This document shows, in pieces, positions 49,765-62,672 of a stretch of 64,000 nt of DNA (its first letter is position 1; every line of letters begins with the position of its first letter). The notes beneath the pieces were generated by a model that saw only the letters and a program-made list of their open reading frames with translations, was not told the DNA's origin and made no database searches. Source of the stretch: Kangiella sp. HD9-110m-PIT-SAG07 (lineage in GTDB: Bacteria > Pseudomonadota > Gammaproteobacteria > Enterobacterales > Kangiellaceae); assembly GCA_003370465.1 (NCBI GenBank), contig QQTG01000031.1, positions 52,551-116,550 of the forward strand, given 5' to 3'. The translations under genes and the position numbers were made by a program.

Positions 49765-51162
49765 TTACGAATCTGGATAAGTCAGTGTTAAGTTACTTTC
49801 TTTGGGCTGGCCATTCTCTTTATAGATAGTACCGCCCTTCACTACCAGATCTACATTCTGTAGCAAATTAATATACTTCAGTGCATCGCCTTTTACAGCA
49901 ATAATATCAGCGTATTTACCTGGAACAACAGTACCAAGATCCTTGTCCACGCCCATAAACTTAGCAGGCCAGTAGGTTGCTGCTTGAATGGCTTCCATCA
50001 CAGGAACATCAAACACATCAACCCAAACCTGCAGCTCGTGCCATGTTGACTGGCAGTGAAACTTCATCGGAATACCGCTATCAGTACCGACCATTAAAAT
50101 TGCACCGCTATTTCTGAGCTGGTTGAACTTGGTTTTTAAAGTTGGCTTCCGCTTCGGAGTCAATTGCATATAACCTAATCGCTCAGGATGCTGAATCGAT
50201 TGCTTAATGTCCGCAACTGTTTCTTTTGTTAAACCACGCTTCCAACATTTATTATCCAGCTCTTCAGAATTTTGTCGTGTGTACTCATAGTTCCACAGGC
50301 CTTCAACCGTCGGTGTCCAATAAAGCGGACCACCGCTAATGCGGCCTTTAGCGGTTCTTTCCTTCAACATTGTCATAATATCTTCAGGATATTCCGGAGC
50401 CGTAGTTAGACCGGTATGTTCAAAATTATCGACGCCAATTTCAAGACCAATGCGAATCTCATCAGGCTTATGCGAATGTCCTACGACCTTCATACCAAGC
50501 TTATGAGCCTCGTCAACAATAGCTTTGGCATGCGATAAAGGCATCACATCATGATCAATTAGTTTAACCACATCCATACCAGCGTCATGGAGCTTTCTGA
50601 CTTTTTGGCGGGCATCACGCTCGCTGGCGATTCCCCAACGAAAAGCTTCGGTACCGGGGTAAGGTTTATGTTGAAGGAAAGGCCCCGACATATACATCCG
50701 CGGACCACTCAAGTCACCCTTGTTAATAGCTTCTTTAATGTTTTTAGAGTCTTTTAACGGAGCGCCCAAGTCCCTAGCACTAGTAACCCCCGCGAGTAAT
50801 AACTGCTCAGCAGAAGCTGGCATAATTTCGCTAGTAAGCTTATCTATGTACGCTTTATCCCAGTAAGAATAGTCCGAGTGGCCATTGATCATAAGATGTA
50901 CATGCATGTCCCACAGCCCTGGCAGAACCGTCATCCCTTCTGTCGAGATGACTTGATAACCGTCAGGTACAGATATTTCTTTCTCAGTACCCACCGCAAC
51001 TATTCGCTCATCTTTAACTAGAATGACGCTATCGTGAATAACTTTTCCGCCAGTGCCATCAACCAGCATTCCACCCACAAAAGCTTTAAGGTTTTCCGCA
51101 GAAGAAACTTGCGCTATTAACAAGCCCATTAACACTAACGGTAGCAAAATTTTCTTTTTCAT
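49765..51162 (-). CDS. Secreted amidohydrolase (Xaa-Pro dipeptidase-like)
   Basis: Signal peptide, PGLWDMHVH, VGHSH, FEH, GTDSG, GKYADII. Confidence 0.88.
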   Translation of the reverse strand: MKKKILLPLVLMGLLIAQVSSAENLKAFVGGMLVDGTGGKVIHDSVILVKDERIVAVGTEKEISVPDGYQVISTEGMTVLPGLWDMHVHLMINGHSDYSYWDKAYIDKLTSEIMPASAEQLLLAGVTSARDLGAPLKDSKNIKEAINKGDLSGPRMYMSGPFLQHKPYPGTEAFRWGIASERDARQKVRKLHDAGMDVVKLIDHDVMPLSHAKAIVDEAHKLGMKVVGHSHKPDEIRIGLEIGVDNFEHTGLTTAPEYPEDIMTMLKERTAKGRISGGPLYWTPTVEGLWNYEYTRQNSEELDNKCWKRGLTKETVADIKQSIQHPERLGYMQLTPKRKPTLKTKFNQLRNSGAILMVGTDSGIPMKFHCQSTWHELQVWVDVFDVPVMEAIQAATYWPAKFMGVDKDLGTVVPGKYADIIAVKGDALKYINLLQNVDLVVKGGTIYKENGQPKESNLTLTYPDS

Positions 51163-51177
51163 TATCACCTCTACTGT

Positions 51178-53433
51178 CTATTTATCGTCTTTGTTACTGT
51201 TTTTATCATCTTTAATCGGTAAAGACTCACCTGTTACCGACTGTAACGGAAGGGAATGTTTATCTTCTTCATTTACAATGTTTAAGTGAACATCTCGTTG
51301 AGGGAACGGTATTTCAATACCGTACTTTTTAAATGCAGTGTCCAACTCCCACATATAAATGCTGCTAATTCGTGTGGGTCTTCGCACACCATAATGAGCA
51401 ACCCAGACTAACAGTAGGAAATTAACGCTGTTATCACCAAACTCTGTCAGCCAAACGTCTGGTTCTTTTCCAGGGATATTTTTTAAGGTGTACTGAACAT
51501 TATTGGCTGCTTCTGTAGCGGCTTTCCTGACAATTTCCTTATCCGTTCCATAAGCTACGCCGAATGGAATACGCACTCTTCGCGTCGATTCTTTCAATGT
51601 CCAGTTAGTAACGATGTTGGTGACCATATACGAGTTAGGAATAATGACATCGATATTATCGTTAGTATTAATACGCGTACTACGAGTTTTAATTTCTTGA
51701 ACCTGCCCGGTCGTGCCGTCCTCAAGCTCAATGTAGTCTCCGACTTTTAATGTTTTCTCAAACATGATCGTAAGACCAGATACAAAGTTACTAACTAGAT
51801 TTTGTAAACCAAAACCGATACCAACCGATAGCGCACCGGCAATAAGCGTGAGATTACTCAAGTTGAGCCCCAACGCGCTAAAACCAGCCACTGCGGCTAT
51901 GAAAATAATTAAATAGTGAATTAAGCGATGTAGCAGATATAGCGAAGAGCTGTTTTTGATCTTATGTTTTTTCTCAAAGCGATGAACTAAGAAACTCACT
52001 AGCTTAGAGACTAAATAACCAATCAAGATAATAAAGGACAAATTAATTAGCGGCAGCAACGTAATCGGACGCTCGTTAATACTAAACAAAGGTCGATTAA
52101 CTAGCTGAACCGTCGAGTCCCACGCATCTTCTGTAAACTCTTTGACAGAATCCCATGTCCTGTTTAAGCCTGACTGCTGTCTATCTTCGATATTTTTCAG
52201 TATTGATAACAAAAGCTCATTGTCACTAATAGTAATACGCACATCCGACATGGCTCTAAGTATAAGCTGGGCTTTCTGGCGTCGCTCATCGGATAGCTTC
52301 TGCAAGTTTATTTTCTCTTCTGATGTTTGCTGTCGGAGGTTGATATCCGACGAAAGCAAAGTATCTCGAGCCAAAGTCTCAGCTTTAGAGATTTCATCTT
52401 CCGCTAGCTGAATCGCTCTTTCAGAACCAGCGATCAAATTACGAAGCTCATCAAGATCTGGTTTATCACCTTCTTCAAGTTGTTTGATAGAGGCTAAGCG
52501 ATCTTGGTCATCTGCCCGTTGAAGCTTTAACAAAACCTCATGATAAGATAGCAGTGATAAGGCCAAGTCCAGCTTGAGAATTTCATAGCTAGTGAAGCCG
52601 ATACTCGTTTCCGAAATATCACGACTCAATTTTAAGTTTAACTGCTTAAGATCTTCGTCAAGATCTTCCTTTTCAGCTAATAGCTTTTCACGCTCTTCCT
52701 GTGGAAATGGTTCAAATGAAATTCTTTGGCGAGCTTCTTCAAGGGTTTCTTGTAAGCTTTCATATTCAGTTTCTAAGCTTTCTTCCCGAGACTTCAGGTT
52801 AAGTAATAACTCTTCTTCGATAACCTTACTTAGTTGGCTGTTAATCCAGTTGAGAACGATAGAAAGCTGCTCGACACTTCCTGCATCACTATTCAAGTAA
52901 GAGACTTTTAAAACGTCGAGAGTATTCGAAGTTTGACTGATACTGTCAGTGACTCGGGCTATTTCTTCTTGAGTCTGTTGTAATAAAAAGCCCACCTGAA
53001 GTCTAAGCTGATTAACATCCAAGTATTCTTGGATGCCATAACTGTCTTTGAGCACTAATGCTTTTGGTATATCAAGATTACTGTTCTTGGAGTACCTAAG
53101 CTTTTTATATTCCTGCGCTAAGTTACGAATAATAGCAATGCGCTCTAACAGCTCACCACGTTGCTCACCCTCAACATCGTTTACAGTAGTTTCTAACTTG
53201 TTAATGAGTTTTTTGAACTCGGTTTCAAAGATTTTTGCTTCTTCTAATTCTTTGTATTGGTTCCACCAACGGCTACTCATATCCCTGATGTTTGGAGTTT
53301 TATCTTTAGACTCCTTATCTTCATTACTGAGAAGGTTCAGTGGATCTTGACTTGATGCGGCGAAAAGTGAGGTTGGCGATGCGCTGATGCCAAGTGTTAA
53401 TAGCAGAAAAGTTATGCGAAGAAAGCGGTTCAT
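51178..53433 (-). CDS. MscS family mechanosensitive channel with a periplasmic coiled-coil N-terminus
   Basis: GALSVGIGFGLQ, KVGDYIE, IPFPQRD. Confidence 0.92.
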   Translation of the reverse strand: MNRFLRITFLLLTLGISASPTSLFAASSQDPLNLLSNEDKESKDKTPNIRDMSSRWWNQYKELEEAKIFETEFKKLINKLETTVNDVEGEQRGELLERIAIIRNLAQEYKKLRYSKNSNLDIPKALVLKDSYGIQEYLDVNQLRLQVGFLLQQTQEEIARVTDSISQTSNTLDVLKVSYLNSDAGSVEQLSIVLNWINSQLSKVIEEELLLNLKSREESLETEYESLQETLEEARQRISFEPFPQEEREKLLAEKEDLDEDLKQLNLKLSRDISETSIGFTSYEILKLDLALSLLSYHEVLLKLQRADDQDRLASIKQLEEGDKPDLDELRNLIAGSERAIQLAEDEISKAETLARDTLLSSDINLRQQTSEEKINLQKLSDERRQKAQLILRAMSDVRITISDNELLLSILKNIEDRQQSGLNRTWDSVKEFTEDAWDSTVQLVNRPLFSINERPITLLPLINLSFIILIGYLVSKLVSFLVHRFEKKHKIKNSSSLYLLHRLIHYLIIFIAAVAGFSALGLNLSNLTLIAGALSVGIGFGLQNLVSNFVSGLTIMFEKTLKVGDYIELEDGTTGQVQEIKTRSTRINTNDNIDVIIPNSYMVTNIVTNWTLKESTRRVRIPFGVAYGTDKEIVRKAATEAANNVQYTLKNIPGKEPDVWLTEFGDNSVNFLLLVWVAHYGVRRPTRISSIYMWELDTAFKKYGIEIPFPQRDVHLNIVNEEDKHSLPLQSVTGESLPIKDDKNSNKDDK

Positions 53434-53580
53434 TGAATTAATCGTAATTCCTTAGAGTTCGAGTTCTCAATAAGTTTCTAGCACTGAGTGTACCACTTAT
53501 GGCTATAAATTATTCAATAATAAAGGAAAATATTATTAAAGCTGAGCAGCGAAACCAATGCCAGCTAATCATGCAGGCAT

Positions 53581-53606
53581 AAAAAAAGCTGCGCAAGGCA
53601 GCTTTT
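53581..53606 (-). terminator. serS terminator
   Basis: AAAAAAAGCTGC-GCAAG-GCAGCTTTT. Confidence 0.8.
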
Positions 53607-53609
53607 AAA

Positions 53610-54893
<1,284 letters not shown>

Positions 54894-54903
54894 CTATGAA
54901 TAA

Positions 54904-55287
54904 TTAGCCCGACATTCTACCACCAAGCCAAGCGCCAACAAACACGAAAAGCAAGCAAAGTACTAAATTTCCAAGAATATTCCCCCCTGCCTTTAACCAA
55001 ACCTGTTGCTGTAACAGGTATAAGGTTTCTAGAGAAAAGCTCGAGAAGGTGGTTAAAGCCCCTAAAAAACCAATCATAATGCCTTCTTTTAAGGTCAAAG
55101 AAACTTGGGCGTTCTGCCAATAATTGATGAGAAAGCCTGCAATAAAGCAGCCTAGGACATTTGCTATGAGTGTTCCATAAAGGAATTGCTCTCCAAGTAA
55201 CCACTCAGAAAAGTCTCGGATTTTAAATCGAAGAATCGCCCCGAAAGCACCACCGACACCGATAGCTCCAACCACAGCCCAGTTCAT
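54904..55287 (-). CDS. crcB: Fluoride channel
   Basis: GGAFGAILR, GTLIANVLGC, GFLGALTTFSSF. Confidence 0.93.
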   Translation of the reverse strand: MNWAVVGAIGVGGAFGAILRFKIRDFSEWLLGEQFLYGTLIANVLGCFIAGFLINYWQNAQVSLTLKEGIMIGFLGALTTFSSFSLETLYLLQQQVWLKAGGNILGNLVLCLLFVFVGAWLGGRMSG

Positions 55288-55292
55288 TATTC

Positions 55293-56633
55293 TCAGCTCC
55301 TTTTTAATGCTTCATTGGTTCTTTGTTGTAACCACGCCATTTTCTCTGCAATTTTCTTCTCTAAACCTCTTGGTACAGGTTGATAGTAATCAACAGGTTG
55401 CTTCTCTTCAGGAAAATATTGCTGCCCTGCAGCAAAACCATCCGGCTCATTATGATCGTAGCGATAGCCTTTGCCGTACTCTAAATCTTTCATCAGATGC
55501 GTCGGAGCATTTCGAATATGCATCGGCACCTCGTAAGTCGGTTCATTACCGACATCTTTACGCGCTTGATTATAAGCATTATAGACGGCGTTACTTTTAG
55601 GCGCACAAGCTAGATAAATGATAGCTTGCGCTATCGTCAGCTCACCCTCAGGGCTACCCAGTCGCTCTTGAACATCCCAGGCGTTAAGAGCCAAGGTCAG
55701 CCCGCGAGGATCGGCGTTACCGATATCTTCACTCGCCATACGAACTACACGACGCGCAACATATAAAGGATCGCAACCACCATCTAACATTCGACAGTAC
55801 CAATACAAGGCGCCATTCGGGTCACTGCCTCGGACGGATTTATGTAGCGCTGAAATTTGGTCATAAAAGTGTTCACCACCTTTATCGAATCGTCTCAGCG
55901 ATTGCGTTAAGGTTTCTTCAAGGATTTTATTATCGATCACCGGTGACTGGTCGTTATCAGCCAGCGCGAGCTCAGATGCCAGCTCTAAAATATTTAATAA
56001 ACGGCGTCCGTCGCCGTCGGCGGCCTGAATAAGAATCTCAACGGAATCATCCTCGACGGTAAGATTTAGCGCCCCTAACCCTTTATCTTTATCTTGCACC
56101 GCACGCTTGAGTAGCTGCCGTAATGCGCTATGGGATAAATCTTTTAGTACGAAAACACGCGCTCGCGATAATAATGCATTGTTTAGTTCAAACGAGGGGT
56201 TTTCCGTGGTTGCGCCAATAAAAGTCACGGTTCCGTTTTCAACATAAGGCAAAAAAGCATCTTGCTGAGCCTTATTGAACCGATGAACTTCATCGACGAA
56301 TAGTAACGTTTGCTTGCCTTGAGCTTGGTATTGCTTAGCCTCCTCTACTGCCGCTCGAATATCTTTTACCCCTGCGAGAACAGCTGAGATAGTAATAAAG
56401 TGAGCATTAGAAGTATGGGCAATAAGACGAGCTAGAGTGGTCTTGCCTGTCCCTGGAGGCCCCCAAAAGATCATGGAGAACGGCTTTTGTGCCTCAATGG
56501 CCTGAAAAAGAGGTTTCCCAGGCGCTAGTAAATGCTCTTGGCCAACGTAGTCTTCAAGCTGCTGAGGACGTAATCGGTCAGCCAAGGGGACATAAACATG
56601 GGAATCGTTAAATAATTGATCCTGTTGACTCAT
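55293..56633 (-). CDS. rarA: Replication-associated recombination protein A
   Basis: PLADRLRP, GPPGTGKTT, DEVHRF, SALHKSVRGSD. Confidence 0.96.
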   Translation of the reverse strand: MSQQDQLFNDSHVYVPLADRLRPQQLEDYVGQEHLLAPGKPLFQAIEAQKPFSMIFWGPPGTGKTTLARLIAHTSNAHFITISAVLAGVKDIRAAVEEAKQYQAQGKQTLLFVDEVHRFNKAQQDAFLPYVENGTVTFIGATTENPSFELNNALLSRARVFVLKDLSHSALRQLLKRAVQDKDKGLGALNLTVEDDSVEILIQAADGDGRRLLNILELASELALADNDQSPVIDNKILEETLTQSLRRFDKGGEHFYDQISALHKSVRGSDPNGALYWYCRMLDGGCDPLYVARRVVRMASEDIGNADPRGLTLALNAWDVQERLGSPEGELTIAQAIIYLACAPKSNAVYNAYNQARKDVGNEPTYEVPMHIRNAPTHLMKDLEYGKGYRYDHNEPDGFAAGQQYFPEEKQPVDYYQPVPRGLEKKIAEKMAWLQQRTNEALKRS

Positions 56634-56650
56634 TCAAGCGGTTTCAATGA

Positions 56651-57328
56651 CTAAGGCTTATCCTTAGCATTGTCCGCGACTTTCTCGCGATTATCAATAA
56701 CATCGATCCCTTCGGGTGGCTCAAAAGAAAAGTGCCCCTCTTCAAAATCAGGCGATAGACTTATGTCAGAAAACTCAATAGAGGTTGTCTGACCAAGGTT
56801 ATCACTGACTTGAAGCGCGATTAGGTTGTCACCATTAAACTCCATCAATAAGCGCTCAAATAGAGCATCTTCAGCCTTGGAGCTTAGTTGAAATAACAAA
56901 GTGTTTTCACTACTGGTAGCAATTTCTGCCACATTATAGTTATCAACGGTATCGACCTGATCTTTGGTAAAAATTGCCGCAGGCGTGGTTTCGAGGCTAG
57001 CATCAAGTTCTGAAACATTGATTTGCTCAATGTCACTGTCGAACTGCCACAAACTCTCGCCATCAGCAATGATCTCCTGCTCATAAGGATCTTCTACAAC
57101 CCAGCGGAACTGCTTCGGGCGCTGCAACTCAAAATACCCAGAAGAGCTGTCTAGGACAGTATTGAATTCATCGCGGATATCTTGGCTAAATGTAGCCTTG
57201 TAGCTGCTAATATTCTCTAGTTTTTCTTGCAGCTTATGCGCAGCATCGGCATGAACATTCAAACTGGCTACTAATAAGCCAATACCTAAACTGAGAATTC
57301 TAACTGCTTGTTCAAAAAGAGTTTTCAT
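56651..57328 (-). CDS. lolA: Outer-membrane lipoprotein chaperone
   Basis: RPKQFRW, FSFEPPEGIDVID; ftsK-lolA-rarA-serS synteny. Confidence 0.93.
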   Translation of the reverse strand: MKTLFEQAVRILSLGIGLLVASLNVHADAAHKLQEKLENISSYKATFSQDIRDEFNTVLDSSSGYFELQRPKQFRWVVEDPYEQEIIADGESLWQFDSDIEQINVSELDASLETTPAAIFTKDQVDTVDNYNVAEIATSSENTLLFQLSSKAEDALFERLLMEFNGDNLIALQVSDNLGQTTSIEFSDISLSPDFEEGHFSFEPPEGIDVIDNREKVADNAKDKP

Positions 57329-57362
57329 ATAAAACCTTTCAAGTTTTTATTCATTATTTACT

Positions 57363-57395
57363 GTTATACAGCTCTAAGACTGAACTTGGACTTAA
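57363..57395 (-). promoter_or_regulatory. Direct repeat TTAAG-N6-TTCAG plus -10 TATAAC upstream of lolA
   Basis: Box at 57380-57395, 11 nt from the -10, as at 734-766. Confidence 0.45.
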
Positions 57396-57472
57396 CGTTT
57401 GCTTAGCATAAGTGTAACTATGGCCTATAGACTCTTTTATTAACCTATCTAAACAAAATGATTCAGCGTCGG

Positions 57473-57596
57473 TTTTGAGCGTTAGTGGTGACGTTAAGAC
57501 AAGGCATACAAGAATTCAATTGCGCAATTTAGTAAGCTAAATGAGCACAATTTAATTCTTTTCTAACGCAGTGTTAACAAACGAGCTAGCTCAAAT
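57473..57596. repeat. About 120-bp imperfect palindrome (ERIC/MITE-like)
   Basis: TTTGAGC...GCTCAAA ends; inner AGAATTCAATTG...ATTTAG-TAAG-CTAAAT...CAATTTAATTCT. Confidence 0.6.
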
Positions 57597-59959
57597 TAGT
57601 CTTTAGGCGGTGGTGGAGCTAATACCTCTCGCGCTCCGTTGGAACCCATCTCAGACACAATCCCTGCTGCCTCCATCGCCTCAACCATACGTGCTGCACG
57701 GTTATAACCGATCTTCAGACGACGCTGAATTCCAGAAATTGACGCGCGGCGCGATTCGGTAACGATGGCAACCGCTTGGTCAAATAGCTCATCTTGTTCA
57801 CTATCTCCGCCATCCATACCCGGCATACCTGGAACTGGCACTTCACTGGTACCATTAATCACTTCTTCAATATAATTGGGCTCGCCACGCTGTTTCCAAT
57901 CTTCAACCACGCGATGGACTTCATCATCATCAACAAAGGCGCCATGTACACGAGTAGGTATATTACTACCACCCGGTAGATACAGCATGTCACCCATACC
58001 TAGCAGTTGTTCAGCGCCCATCTGATCTAAAACCGTTCGAGAGTCGATTCTTGACGATACTTGGAAACCAATCCGCGATGGGATATTAGCTTTAATTAAA
58101 CCCGTAATCACATCAACCGAAGGTCTTTGTGTCGCAAGAATTAAGTGAATACCTGCTGCTCGTGCTTTCTGCGCGATACGAGCAATCAACTCTTCAACCT
58201 TCTTACCCACAATCATCATCATGTCAGCCAGCTCATCAATCACAATCACGATTGATGGTAGCTTTTCTAAGGTTGGCGCTTCTTCTTCTAAACCGTCAAC
58301 AGGCTGCCACAAAGGATCGGTAATCGGCTCACCCGCTTTAATCGCATCTTTAACCTTCTTATTAAAACCGGCCAAGTTACGCACACCAAGGGCCGACATT
58401 AAGCGGTATCGGCGTTCCATTTCACCCACTGACCAGCGTAAGGCGTTAGCCGCATCTTTCATGTCCGTAACAACTTCAGCTAATAAATGTGGGATCCCTT
58501 CATAAACACTGAGCTCCAGCATTTTCGGGTCGATCATAATCATGCGTAAGTCTTCTGGCGATGACTTATACAGCATACTAATAATCATGGCGTTCACGCC
58601 AACAGACTTACCAGAGCCCGTGGTACCTGCGACCAGTAAGTGTGGCATCTTAGCCATATTCACCACCACAGGATTACCGGCAATATCTTTACCTAAAGCC
58701 ATGCTCAGTGGTGACTTAGATTTTTCAAACTCGTCACAGGCTAACACTTCTCGCAAGCGTACGATTTCGCGGGTCTCATTCGGAATTTCGATTCCAATAT
58801 AGGTTTTGCCTGGAATAACTTCCACCACCCGTACTGAAACAGTCGACAACGAACGTGCCAAATCCTTTGCTAGATTTGAAATCTTGCTGACTTTAACGCC
58901 TGGTGCTAACTCTAATTCAAAGCGCGTGATCACTGGGCCGGGGTGAACTTCCATCACCTGCGCATCGACGTTAAAGTCTTTCAGCTTAATTTCAACTAGG
59001 CGAGACATCGCTTCTAGCGATTCTTCTGAATAATGATTCTTTGGGGGCTCTGGCTCATCCAGTAAATCCATTGTCGGTAACGGACCTTCCCCTGCACCTT
59101 TAAATAAAGGTTTCTGGCGAGTTTTCTTCTCGACTTTAGCGCTCGGTGGAACAGAGGCTACTTTTGGTTCAATCTTGACAGGTGTACGAGTTTCACGTTT
59201 CGTTTTTTCTTGTTTAACAGCTTCCTTACGCTTCACCACCACTTGTTTTACTTCTTTTTCCGACTGTTTACGCTCTTTAAAAGAAGCGTACCATTCGGTC
59301 AAACGATTAAAGGTGGTAATAGTCCAATTACCCACAGCATCCATAATTTTAAGCCATGAAATACCTGTAAATAATGTTACGCCTGATAAAAATAACGCCA
59401 ACAGTATCAAGGTTGTGCCGTATAGACCTAGCGAACCAATGATCAGCCCTACAATAGCTTTACCTAAGATTCCGCCTGAAAAGTAGACGATATCCGTTTG
59501 TTGCTGGCAAACTTCTAGGCCAGCAACACAGCGATCGCCGAAATGTTGATAAAGCAAACCAGCACCAGCAATAATAGCGATGATTAGCCCAAGGCTTTTT
59601 ATCAACCAGAAGCTCTTAGGGTGTGAAACCTCTTCTTTGCGTTCGGCGTAAACTAGGTAACCAAAGTAAGCCACCACCAAAGGAATCAGGTAGGCGAAAT
59701 AGCCAAATAGATGCAGAAAGAAATCAGCAAACCAAGCGCCACCCTTTCCTGCAGAATTTTGCACAGGCTCACCGCTACCATTGGTAAAAGAACCAGGGTC
59801 ATTGGGGTTATAGCTCAGCAAAGCCAATAATAAGAACAAAGCAATAGTAACCAGAATAATCATCCCGCCTTCGCTAAGTCTTTTACGGAGTATGGCTTTT
59901 GAATCTAACTGAGTATTTTTTGTCTTGGTTGCAGCTTGTTTTGTTTTAGTTTTACTCAA
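57596..59959 (-). CDS. ftsK: DNA translocase
   Basis: 4TM N-terminus, [18 protein letters not shown], gamma domain IGYNRAAR. Confidence 0.97.
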   Translation of the reverse strand: MSKTKTKQAATKTKNTQLDSKAILRKRLSEGGMIILVTIALFLLLALLSYNPNDPGSFTNGSGEPVQNSAGKGGAWFADFFLHLFGYFAYLIPLVVAYFGYLVYAERKEEVSHPKSFWLIKSLGLIIAIIAGAGLLYQHFGDRCVAGLEVCQQQTDIVYFSGGILGKAIVGLIIGSLGLYGTTLILLALFLSGVTLFTGISWLKIMDAVGNWTITTFNRLTEWYASFKERKQSEKEVKQVVVKRKEAVKQEKTKRETRTPVKIEPKVASVPPSAKVEKKTRQKPLFKGAGEGPLPTMDLLDEPEPPKNHYSEESLEAMSRLVEIKLKDFNVDAQVMEVHPGPVITRFELELAPGVKVSKISNLAKDLARSLSTVSVRVVEVIPGKTYIGIEIPNETREIVRLREVLACDEFEKSKSPLSMALGKDIAGNPVVVNMAKMPHLLVAGTTGSGKSVGVNAMIISMLYKSSPEDLRMIMIDPKMLELSVYEGIPHLLAEVVTDMKDAANALRWSVGEMERRYRLMSALGVRNLAGFNKKVKDAIKAGEPITDPLWQPVDGLEEEAPTLEKLPSIVIVIDELADMMMIVGKKVEELIARIAQKARAAGIHLILATQRPSVDVITGLIKANIPSRIGFQVSSRIDSRTVLDQMGAEQLLGMGDMLYLPGGSNIPTRVHGAFVDDDEVHRVVEDWKQRGEPNYIEEVINGTSEVPVPGMPGMDGGDSEQDELFDQAVAIVTESRRASISGIQRRLKIGYNRAARMVEAMEAAGIVSEMGSNGAREVLAPPPPKD

Positions 59960-60067
59960 AATAATATCCTAATAGCTACCTGTTACCCATTCTAGTCGAA
60001 GTTTCAGCTATCTCAAGCATCATCATGCAAAAACGCTAACGACTGACACCTGAGAGCAATAATTATA

Positions 60068-60571
60068 TTAATCGTTTGATTTTTGGTCAGATATCGGGAG
60101 TAAGCTGGTTTCTTTAACCTCTTCCATCACCATGTACGACCGTGACGCGCGCACGCCAGGTAACTTTAACAAGGTTTCCCCGAGTAGCTTCCGGTAAGCC
60201 TGCATATCACCGACTCTAGCCTTAACCAGATAGTCAAAGTCACCAGAGACTAAGTGGCACTCTAGAATTTCAGGAATGTTGGCGACAGCATTATTAAACT
60301 CGGTAAACATGTGAGGCGATGTATGCATCAACCGAATTTCGGCAAAGACCAGCAGCGACACGGCGAGTTTTTTGGGATTCAATTTCGCTAAGTAGCCCTC
60401 GATAAATCCGTCATTTTCAAGACGTCTCACACGCTCCAAACATGGCGTTGCACTAAGCCCCACTAACTTCGCCAACTCTACGTTAGAGATCCGACCATTT
60501 GCTTGTAGTTCACGCAGAATCCTACGATCAATTCGGTCAAGTATTTGCTTATTCGAACTTTTGACTTTCAC
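60068..60571 (-). CDS. lrp: Leucine-responsive regulatory protein
   Basis: LDRIDRRIL...TPCLERVRRLE...ECHLVSGDFDYL...SYMVMEEVK. Confidence 0.93.
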   Translation of the reverse strand: MKVKSSNKQILDRIDRRILRELQANGRISNVELAKLVGLSATPCLERVRRLENDGFIEGYLAKLNPKKLAVSLLVFAEIRLMHTSPHMFTEFNNAVANIPEILECHLVSGDFDYLVKARVGDMQAYRKLLGETLLKLPGVRASRSYMVMEEVKETSLLPISDQKSND

Positions 60572-60721
60572 AGAATAAAGATAACGTTTTTTAAATTTAT
60601 AAAGTTATTTATACTATAAAAACCTCAACATTAGCAAATAAAACTGATAAAACACCACTATAATAGCGATTTTTACTGAGCCCAAAAAGGCTAAATTTAA
60701 CCGTCAATCTGGAGCTATATT

Positions 60722-61855
60722 ATGTTGATCGGTGTACCAAAAGAAATCAAAAATCACGAGTACCGCGCAGGTATGGTACCTGGTAGTGTTCGTGAAGTTA
60801 TCGCGCATGGTCATCAAGTTATCGTTGAGACAAATGCAGGTGTTGGTATCGGCTTTACCGACGAAGATTACTCGGCAGCAGGTGCGACAATCGTCGATAC
60901 TGCCAAAGAAGTTTTCGCAAAAGCTGAAATGATTGTGAAAGTAAAAGAGCCTTTAGCAGAAGAACGTAAACTTTTGCGTAAAGACCAAATTCTATTCACT
61001 TATCTTCACCTAGCTCCAGACATGCCACAAACTCAAGACTTAGTTGACTCTGGTGCTATTTGTATCGCTTATGAAACGGTCACGGGGCGTAACGGCGGCT
61101 TGCCATTATTGGCGCCGATGTCTGAAGTTGCTGGTCGTATGTCGATTCAAGCAGGTGCCCAATGTCTAGAAAAGTCGCGTGGCGGCTCAGGCATGCTATT
61201 GGGCGGTGTCCCAGGCGTATCACCAGCTAAATGTGTCGTGATTGGTGCCGGTGTCGTCGGTAGTAACGCTATTCGTATGGCAGTTGGTCTTGGTGCACGG
61301 GTTGTCGTACTCGACCGTAATGTTGATGCTCTGCGTCGTATTACTGCTGAGTTTGGTTCGCGCGTTGAAACGGTATTCTCAAGCCAAGAGTCTCTAGAGC
61401 AAGAAGTCACCTCTGCCGACCTAGTGATCGGCGGCGTACTGATTCCGGGTGCAGCAGCGCCTAAACTAGTGACCGAAGACATGATTAAGAAGATGAAGCC
61501 TGGTTCGGTGTTGGTAGACGTCGCGATTGACCAAGGTGGTTGCTTTGCAACATCTAAAGCGACAACTCACGCAGAACCAACCTATATCAAACATGACGTC
61601 GTTCATTACTGTGTTGCAAACATGCCTGGCGCTGTGCCACGTACTTCAACGTTCGCGCTGAACAACGTAACTCTTCCTTACATCATTAGTATCGCCAACA
61701 AAGGTTATCACGAAGCATTAGCTCGCGACCCACACTTGTTGAATGGTTTGAACGTGCATAAAGGCCAAGTAACGGAAAAATCAGTTGCTGAAAACCTTGG
61801 CTTCGATTATGTTGATCCAAAAGATGCTCTAGAAATTAGTTACGATACGCTGTAA
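60722..61855 (+). CDS. ald: Alanine dehydrogenase
   Basis: [35 protein letters not shown]. Confidence 0.97.
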   Translation: MLIGVPKEIKNHEYRAGMVPGSVREVIAHGHQVIVETNAGVGIGFTDEDYSAAGATIVDTAKEVFAKAEMIVKVKEPLAEERKLLRKDQILFTYLHLAPDMPQTQDLVDSGAICIAYETVTGRNGGLPLLAPMSEVAGRMSIQAGAQCLEKSRGGSGMLLGGVPGVSPAKCVVIGAGVVGSNAIRMAVGLGARVVVLDRNVDALRRITAEFGSRVETVFSSQESLEQEVTSADLVIGGVLIPGAAAPKLVTEDMIKKMKPGSVLVDVAIDQGGCFATSKATTHAEPTYIKHDVVHYCVANMPGAVPRTSTFALNNVTLPYIISIANKGYHEALARDPHLLNGLNVHKGQVTEKSVAENLGFDYVDPKDALEISYDTL

Positions 61856-61890
61856 TCAAACACTGCAATAAGCATCCAAGACTAATCAAC

Positions 61891-61916
61891 AAAGCCGCTC
61901 GATGAGCGGCTTTTTT
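61891..61916 (+). terminator. ald terminator
   Basis: AAAGCCGCTC-GAT-GAGCGGCTTTTTT. Confidence 0.8.
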
Positions 61917-62283
61917 ATACCTTTAACAGGGCAGCAAATACCATAATAACCAGGATGATGAAGAAGCTTGTTGTTAGGATAGTCTGGTGAGGTCGCTTCT
62001 CGGGCTGGCCTGAGTTTTGTTCAAAGTCATGACCTTGATTATCAAATAATTCCTTATCTTCTTCGTCAATAAAAGCGGCGTTCCCCCAGTCTTCAACAAT
62101 CGATTTCGCTTCATCCAGATCTTCATCGTTCACCCAAACCTTAACGTTACCCATAGCGGCAGCCTCTCCCACAGCTCCTTGCATGTGAGCGCCACGAACT
62201 TGGGCAAACAATCCATTATCATTTAAAAGATCTGAAATAAGCTGAGCGTCGATAGCATCATCAGCATGGTAAGCGATTTTCAT
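61915..62283 (-). CDS. DUF2007 domain protein with C-terminal TM
   Basis: DAQLISDLL...GAVGE...VWV. Confidence 0.75.
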   Translation of the reverse strand: MKIAYHADDAIDAQLISDLLNDNGLFAQVRGAHMQGAVGEAAAMGNVKVWVNDEDLDEAKSIVEDWGNAAFIDEEDKELFDNQGHDFEQNSGQPEKRPHQTILTTSFFIILVIMVFAALLKV

Positions 62284-62414
62284 TGTCGAATCTCTTCTTG
62301 TATATATTGGGATGATTTAATCATATTTAGAGGAACAGGAACAGTCGATACCTTCGTCGCTCATAAGTTGTGACATATAGACCTTATGTTTGATGATCCA
62401 TTTTTGACAGGCAT

Positions 62415-62441
62415 AAAAAAAGCCGCTCATTGAGCGGCTTT
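62415..62441 (-). terminator. Cold-shock gene terminator
   Basis: AAAAAAAGCCGCTCA-T-TGAGCGGCTTT. Confidence 0.8.
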
Positions 62442-62465
62442 CTTATTAAACGCTTAAAGTATAAA

Positions 62466-62672
62466 TTATACTTTAGTAACGTTAGCAGCTTGAGCGCCTT
62501 TAGGGCCTTGTTCGATTTCGAACTCAACCTGTTGGCCTTCTGCTAAAGTTTTGAAACCGTCGCCTTGAATAGCGCGGAAGTGTACGAATACGTCTTCGCC
62601 CGCTTGCTGCTCGATGAAACCAAAACCTTTAGACTCGTTGAACCACTTAACTGTACCAGTTACTTTTGACAT
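62466..62672 (-). CDS. Cold-shock protein (CspA family)
   Basis: [12 protein letters not shown] (RNP1), VFVHF (RNP2). Confidence 0.97.
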   Translation of the reverse strand: MSKVTGTVKWFNESKGFGFIEQQAGEDVFVHFRAIQGDGFKTLAEGQQVEFEIEQGPKGAQAANVTKV

